From Hormoscilla sp. (GTDB lineage: Bacteria > Cyanobacteriota > Cyanobacteriia > Cyanobacteriales > Desertifilaceae), in the NCBI GenBank assembly GCA_051439505.1, contig JBFRWI010000208.1, forward strand, positions 16,151 to 80,150: a stretch of DNA of 64,000 nt. The letters are read 5' to 3'. Position 1 is the first letter of the stretch. Each line of letters opens with the position of its first letter. Positions 58,865 to 64,000 of this stretch are shown piece after piece. The position numbers were made by a program, and so were the translations under genes. The notes beneath the pieces are model-generated. The model had not been told where the DNA came from and made no database searches. It was given only the letters and a program-made list of their open reading frames with translations.

Positions 58865-59464
58865 TTATTTTAGCATATTCAATTCGATAAATTCCACCAC
58901 CGCTGGCAGTCCTTGCTGAGTTTTCAAGTTAGTAAAGAGGAAGGGTTTGTCCCCGCGCATTTTTTTTGCATCCCGTTCCATAATACCTAAATCTGCACCC
59001 ACCTGGGGGGCGAGGTCAATTTTGTTAATTACCAGTAAATCTGATTTGGTAATTCCCGGTCCCCCTTTCCGGGGAATTTTATCTCCCGCCGCTACGTCTA
59101 TTACATATATTGTTAAATCTACCAGTTCCGGGCTGAATGTTGCTGCCAGGTTGTCCCCGCCACTTTCGACTAACATTAAGTTCAAGTCGGAAAATTTCTT
59201 CTCCAATTCTTCTATTGCTACTATATTTATGGAAGCATCCTCCCGAATGGCCGTATGGGGACATCCCCCTGTTTCCACTCCCATGATTCTCTCACTCTCT
59301 AACGCCCCCGATCGCACTAAAAACTGGGCGTCTTCCTGAGTGTAAATGTCGTTTGTCACCACCGCAATGCTGTAGCGATCGCGCATCATTTTACAAAGGG
59401 CGTCAACTAAGGCTGTTTTTCCCGAACCTACTGGTCCAGCAATTCCGACTCGCAATGCATTCAT
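58865..59464 (-). CDS. ureG: Urease accessory GTPase UreG
   Basis: [19 protein letters not shown] and ESGGDNL. Confidence 0.97.
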   Translation of the reverse strand: MNALRVGIAGPVGSGKTALVDALCKMMRDRYSIAVVTNDIYTQEDAQFLVRSGALESERIMGVETGGCPHTAIREDASINIVAIEELEKKFSDLNLMLVESGGDNLAATFSPELVDLTIYVIDVAAGDKIPRKGGPGITKSDLLVINKIDLAPQVGADLGIMERDAKKMRGDKPFLFTNLKTQQGLPAVVEFIELNMLK

Positions 59465-59576
59465 GTTAATTGCTAATTGTTAATTGCTAATTGTTAATTG
59501 CTAATTGTTAATTGCTAATTGCTAATTGCTAATTTTTTAATGGCGTTGCACTATTAACTATTAGCTAAACGCTGAT

Positions 59577-60251
59577 TTAACTTCTAAACAAGCGGGTGTA
59601 TTGTGTTTCATGGGCCATGCTTGCTAGGGCCAGTCCCCAACTACAACTGCAAAGGTCGTCATCTTCTAAAGATAAAATATTTTGAGCGGCCTTGGCAATA
59701 TCTGGATGTAAGTCTAGCAGTAGCTTTTGCCCCCTAGTTTGACCCAAGGGGATAAGTTTAACTCCTGCGGTGACCAGATTACTTGCCCAACTGTGCAAGT
59801 AACCAAGTATAGCATCGTCGGGGGGAATCTGCCAGTGGGATGCTGCTATCCCAAAGGCGATCGGGTAATGGCAGTCAGTCCCACAAGCATCCAGCAATGT
59901 CTTCAGTGAGGGTTGTATTTCTAGCAGCAACCGGGCCAGCGATCGCCCCATTTGCCAGCTTTGTTGGCGCAACTCTTCCGTTTCCTTCGCCGCTGCAACC
60001 CAGGCATTCCAGTAACTTAATGTCATCTTGTCCCCTTTCGCCGCCCCATTCATGGCCCGCAGCATCACCGCCGCTTCTAGAGGAATTGCCCCATAGCGCA
60101 ATTCCTCTTGTAACCATTTTCTCAGGCTTTCCCCGCAGGCGATCGCCCCAGTCTCAACTAGCGCCTCCAGTCCTTCCGAATAGCTATAAGCACCTACTGG
60201 CAGGGCTGGACTAGCTAGCTGTAGTAGATACAATAGTTTTTCATTGGTCAT
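59577..60251 (-). CDS. ureF: Urease accessory protein UreF
   Basis: [16 protein letters not shown] and [11 protein letters not shown]. Confidence 0.95.
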   Translation of the reverse strand: MTNEKLLYLLQLASPALPVGAYSYSEGLEALVETGAIACGESLRKWLQEELRYGAIPLEAAVMLRAMNGAAKGDKMTLSYWNAWVAAAKETEELRQQSWQMGRSLARLLLEIQPSLKTLLDACGTDCHYPIAFGIAASHWQIPPDDAILGYLHSWASNLVTAGVKLIPLGQTRGQKLLLDLHPDIAKAAQNILSLEDDDLCSCSWGLALASMAHETQYTRLFRS

Positions 60252-60348
60252 TTTACCAATCTACAATTCGCGCGTAACTCTGGATGATGCAAGGGTTTAT
60301 TTCGCCAAGTTTAACATTTATTTCGCCAGGCTTAAGTATTTTTACTTG

Positions 60349-60832
60349 TTTCAACATTCATTTCGATCGCTTCAACGTTATTCTCACTTTTTTTACGTTA
60401 TGTTCACTGATTTTAACGGTCCGAGCGCCAATAAAAGCATTGCTATTACCAATAGTAACGTAACGCTCGCTATTTTGAGAGTTTCTATTGGGGATTTTAG
60501 CCTGAAAACTGCCAATAGCAACGTCTAAGCTTGCGTCGCCATGTCTACATTCATAGATGATACCACTTAATGAGTATGGTTTCAACATTCATTTCGATCG
60601 CTTCAACGTTATTCTCACTGTTTTTACGTTATTTTCACTGATTTTAACGGTTTGAGCGCCGATTTTAACGTTTTGAGCGCCAATAAAAGCGTTGCTATTA
60701 TCAATAGTAACGTAACGCTCGCTATTTTGAGAGTTCCTATTGGGTATTTTAGCCTGAAAACTGCCAATAGCAACGTCTAAGCTGGCGTCGCCATGTCTCC
60801 ATTCATAGATGATACCACTTAATGAGTATGGT
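60349..60832. repeat. Tandem duplication (231-bp unit) with internal 21-nt periodicity
   Basis: TTTCAACATTCATTTCGATCGC starts at 60349 and 60580; each unit ends in CCACTTAATGAGTATGG (ureE stop region). Confidence 0.9.
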
Positions 60833-61262
60833 GATGTCCATAAGCCCCTGTTTCTGGTTGAAAAGGTAAAACCGCCTCAGTTACTTCTAAACCCATTTGT
60901 GCTAGCATCCCCTTCAATACCGGATCTGATTCGAGGCGCAAATAGGTTGGGGTAATTTCCAAGGGAACGTGACGATTTCCCAGATGATAAGCTGCCCGCA
61001 ACAGATCTAATGGCTTCTGGGATGTTACATTCAGTACGGGTTCCGGTTTCGCCGTTACCCGCACCAATCGATCGCCCGTTTCCGCTTGCAATAAATCCCC
61101 ATGTCGCAGTACCGTACCTCTGGGTAAACGCAAATAGACAACTCGATTATCGGGTGTTTCAACCCGGTGGCGGCTACGGGTGCGATCGCTTGCCGTGAGT
61201 GCTAGGGTAAAGCTGACCGCTACATCAGGATCTGCCGGTAGGCATTTAGTCAGAGTCAGCAT
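60819..61262 (-). CDS. ureE: Urease accessory protein UreE
   Basis: [17 protein letters not shown] and His tail. Confidence 0.95.
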   Translation of the reverse strand: MLTLTKCLPADPDVAVSFTLALTASDRTRSRHRVETPDNRVVYLRLPRGTVLRHGDLLQAETGDRLVRVTAKPEPVLNVTSQKPLDLLRAAYHLGNRHVPLEITPTYLRLESDPVLKGMLAQMGLEVTEAVLPFQPETGAYGHHHTH

Positions 61263-61264
61263 CC

Positions 61265-61768
61265 TTATTGAATGAAAGAGTTTCTTTGTTGGCGCAGCAA
61301 TTCATCTTCTATTAGTTTTCTTTGCTCCCGATCCGTTGGCAAGTAAGCCGTGATATCATTGAAGCGCGTCACCGTAAATCCATTCATTTGGGCAATCTCC
61401 AGGGCTTTATTGCAGTAATTAATGGCAAGAGATTTGACTTCTTTGGGCAGATCGGCTATAGTATTAGGCTGGTTGCAAATAATCAGCGGCACCTGGCCAG
61501 TAATTTGCTCGGCTTGGTTGTAGGCGGCTCGTCGGAACGGCTCGATCGCCAGCACGGCTTTAGCATAGTTTGTGATTTCCTCATCGCTGAGAATGACTGG
61601 ATCCGGCGGGGGTGGCACATCAGGGGTCGCGGGAGGTGGAACGGATACACATCCCGATACAATAGAGGCGATACTGACTAACATTCCTAGGCCCAGGCCG
61701 TGCCAATGCCTAGGAACGGAAGGCTTGCGGTGAGGGGAGTCGAACTGCGGTGTCATGCTGTCGGTCAT
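61265..61768 (-). CDS. DUF4168-like lipoprotein
   Basis: [15 protein letters not shown], two conserved Cys, RFNDIT. Confidence 0.75.
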   Translation of the reverse strand: MTDSMTPQFDSPHRKPSVPRHWHGLGLGMLVSIASIVSGCVSVPPPATPDVPPPPDPVILSDEEITNYAKAVLAIEPFRRAAYNQAEQITGQVPLIICNQPNTIADLPKEVKSLAINYCNKALEIAQMNGFTVTRFNDITAYLPTDREQRKLIEDELLRQQRNSFIQ

Positions 61769-61860
61769 GGGCCCAGAGTGCTACATCAATCCGATTTTAT
61801 CAGCAAGCGGCGATCGACGTCTAGCCGCAAGTCCGACTCCCGAACAGCCAGGTTGGACTA

Positions 61861-62397
61861 CTAGCGGCAAACTTGTAGATTTTTATATTTATTTTCCTGG
61901 CACAACCTGCCAAAGGCTGCTGTAATTTCCGGATATTGCTGCGGGTTGCGATCGTATCTGTTCTTAATCTCAAGGAATTGAGCTGCAGATAATCTATTTT
62001 GCTGTAAAATAGATTGAGACTGATTGCACAGACTCTGAATTGGCTGGCGAATTTCACTAGCAAAACTGTTGATGTTTGTTACCTGGCCCGATGCGATGTC
62101 GCATTCAAAATCTTGAGCAGTGCCAGGGTTCTGCTGCTGAGTAGCTTCCCGCGCTAGTTCAATTTGCAGGATAGATTGCGCAAAAGCATCCACCTGTTGG
62201 GGATTGTACTCTTGAGCATGAGCCGAAGTCTCGAACTTAATGGTGGCTATTCTTGGCGATGCGCTCACATCCAAGCCAGGAACCAGTCCCAAAAGCCAAC
62301 CAACAGTAGAAAGGGCGCCGACAATCAAAGATTTTGACAGCATCTGTTTCTGTTTCGGTCTCTGGTGGTGATAATCGATCATGATTTTGTCTGACAA
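61861..62397 (-). CDS. DUF4168-like exported protein (diverged)
   Basis: FAQSILQIELAR, Cys pair and QFLEI; paralogous to 61265-61768. Confidence 0.6.
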   Translation of the reverse strand: MSDKIMIDYHHQRPKQKQMLSKSLIVGALSTVGWLLGLVPGLDVSASPRIATIKFETSAHAQEYNPQQVDAFAQSILQIELAREATQQQNPGTAQDFECDIASGQVTNINSFASEIRQPIQSLCNQSQSILQQNRLSAAQFLEIKNRYDRNPQQYPEITAAFGRLCQENKYKNLQVCR

Positions 62398-62480
62398 AAA
62401 TAGACTCTCAATCTATTGGAACTATTTTCCGAGTATAAGTTCCAGCCCAGATGCGGTTGGAGGCAAGGTGAAACTGCAAA

Positions 62481-63461
62481 CTACCGGTAAAGCAGGCAGA
62501 GTTCGATGATTTTGCTACTCAGTGCGGACATCTCTTCGGCTCCTTGCTTGAGGCTGACTTCCAATTCTAGCAGCTTGGGCAATGTCTGCCGCAGTTGCCA
62601 CAAGTTCAGCCCTGCCACTTCTTGGCGCAGGAAGTAGATGCGCTTGGGGTTGCTGACTTCTGCGGCCCGTGCTATCTCCTTCTCGTCCCTCACCCCAGCG
62701 GCGATCGTCAGCTTCACCCATAACCAGGTACGGAACTGACCTGTTAAGGTGGCTACTATCCTCAAAGCTGGCTCGTTGCGCTCGCTCAGACTGGCGATCG
62801 AGCTTAAAGCTTTCCCCACATTCCCGTGGGCGATCGCGCTGGCCAGTTGCAAGCTACTAGCAGCGTTATCTGTCACCAAGGCGTCCACATCTGCCACATC
62901 TACTGTCCTGTCAATTGCATAAAGCCGCAATTTTTCCAATTCATTAAACAGTTGCCGCGTGTTATTGCCTACAGAAGAGACTAACAGTTCCACCGCCTCA
63001 TCAGTTAATTTCACTCCTACTTCTGTGGCAGTTTCCTTGGCTCGCTGCACCAGCAGGTCTGTTTTCCAAGGGGGAATTGGGGAAAATTCCTGCACTCGGG
63101 CATATTTTTTCAGTAGCTTAGTAGATTTTAACCGCCCATCCGGTTTGTTGCGGCTGGTTAGCAACAGCACAGAGGTTTCCGGGATCGCTGGCAGGGTGCG
63201 TTCTAGTTCTGCTAATAGGGACTGGGAGGCTTGCTGGCATATATTTGTATTCACTAGCCATACTAAACGCTGTCCGGTTCCAAAGGCTGGGGTCATGGCT
63301 TGGTTGAGTGCCTCAATAACGCTATCCGATCCTGACTCCGAGTAGGTGGTATAGTTGAAACTGGCCCAGTTGGGATCCAGTGCCCGATCGCGCAATTGTG
63401 CCACTGCTCTTTCAATAGCATAGTCATCCTCTCCCCAGTAAAAGTATATTGACATTTGCAT
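62481..63461 (-). CDS. holA: DNA polymerase III delta subunit
   Basis: YFYWGEDDY, TPAFG.G.RLV, KPDGRLKSTK and NELEKL. Confidence 0.93.
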   Translation of the reverse strand: MQMSIYFYWGEDDYAIERAVAQLRDRALDPNWASFNYTTYSESGSDSVIEALNQAMTPAFGTGQRLVWLVNTNICQQASQSLLAELERTLPAIPETSVLLLTSRNKPDGRLKSTKLLKKYARVQEFSPIPPWKTDLLVQRAKETATEVGVKLTDEAVELLVSSVGNNTRQLFNELEKLRLYAIDRTVDVADVDALVTDNAASSLQLASAIAHGNVGKALSSIASLSERNEPALRIVATLTGQFRTWLWVKLTIAAGVRDEKEIARAAEVSNPKRIYFLRQEVAGLNLWQLRQTLPKLLELEVSLKQGAEEMSALSSKIIELCLLYR

Positions 63462-63524
63462 TCCTTTGGCGAACCGCTATAATAACAATTATATATAAAT
63501 AAATAATTATTATAAGTCAAGAAG

Positions 63525-63785
63525 ATGAAAAAAATTCAACTGTTGGATACAGTGGCGCTAATCAAGCAAATTACGAGAGCAAGATTTACTTTAGTCGATG
63601 ATGATTACGAAGACATTGAAAGCTTACCGCCCGGGCAAGTGGGGACCATCGTTGAAGTCTATGAGAGAGGAGAAATTTGTCAATATCTAATCGAGTTTTC
63701 TGACCAAACAGGCTGCGAATACGCGATGGCAATCTTAAAAGCCGAAGAATTCTTAGTTCTGCATTATGATTTAAAGGCTGCTTAA
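63525..63785 (+). CDS. DUF4926 family protein
   Basis: LLDTVAL, GQVGTIVEVY and YLIEFSD..G..YAM. Confidence 0.8.
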   Translation: MKKIQLLDTVALIKQITRARFTLVDDDYEDIESLPPGQVGTIVEVYERGEICQYLIEFSDQTGCEYAMAILKAEEFLVLHYDLKAA

Positions 63786-63854
63786 TCAGGGGAAACGGCA
63801 ATATCCCTTGTTCGTAGTAAGGACTTTAGTCCTTCACTAGCTTGACGGGCCATT

Positions 63855-64000
63855 GAGGACTAAAGTCCTCACTACCAACGGATAAACGGAGGACTGAAGT
63901 CCTCACTACAAACGGATAAACGGAGGACTGAAGTCCTCACTACAAACGGATAAACGGAGGACTGAAGTCCTCACTACAAACGGATAAACGGAGGACTGAA
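63855..64000 (+). repeat. 34-nt tandem repeat with internal palindrome (runs off the window)
   Basis: GAGGACTGAAGTCCTCACTACAAACGGATAAACG at 63855 (two mismatches), 63889, 63923, 63957 and a partial copy at 63991. Confidence 0.95.

Noticed and set aside
63855..64000. Possible CRISPR array
   Set aside because: Units are head-to-tail and essentially identical, with no unique spacers; no cas genes in the window.

Overview
A 64-kb chromosomal segment of a cyanobacterium, most likely a filamentous Oscillatoriales-type. Evidence: very frequent HIP1 octamer GCGATCGC, heptameric tandem repeats, and ndhB, hli, desB and cyanobacterial rpoZ. The backbone is housekeeping genes (msrA, purK, cobJ, desB, ndhB, topA, ald, rpoZ, comEC, ArsA/GET3, ggt, hisZ, ureEFG, holA, several ferredoxins), tRNA-Pro(GGG) and 6S RNA. 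Intergenic regions are crowded with short dispersed repeats, nested MITE-like elements and broken toxin-antitoxin modules. Three accessory loci stand out. (1) 27.0-31.3 kb: a small His-rich 'RQGD' protein followed by two LRR proteins sharing a conserved DUF6745-type C-terminal module; one is split exactly at a U-UUU-UUA slippery heptamer. This is a candidate modular sensor/conflict system. (2) 7.3-12.3 kb: a four-gene cluster of an atypical PLP enzyme, a clavaminate-synthase-like Fe/2OG dioxygenase and two tandem SDMT-like methyltransferases, suggesting an unassigned methylated amino-acid pathway. (3) 5.2-5.55 kb: a TnpB 3'-end/omegaRNA-like fragment between an extended -10 promoter and the 6S RNA. 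No CRISPR array, rRNA or intact transposase was seen. All family assignments are by motif recognition, not database searches.
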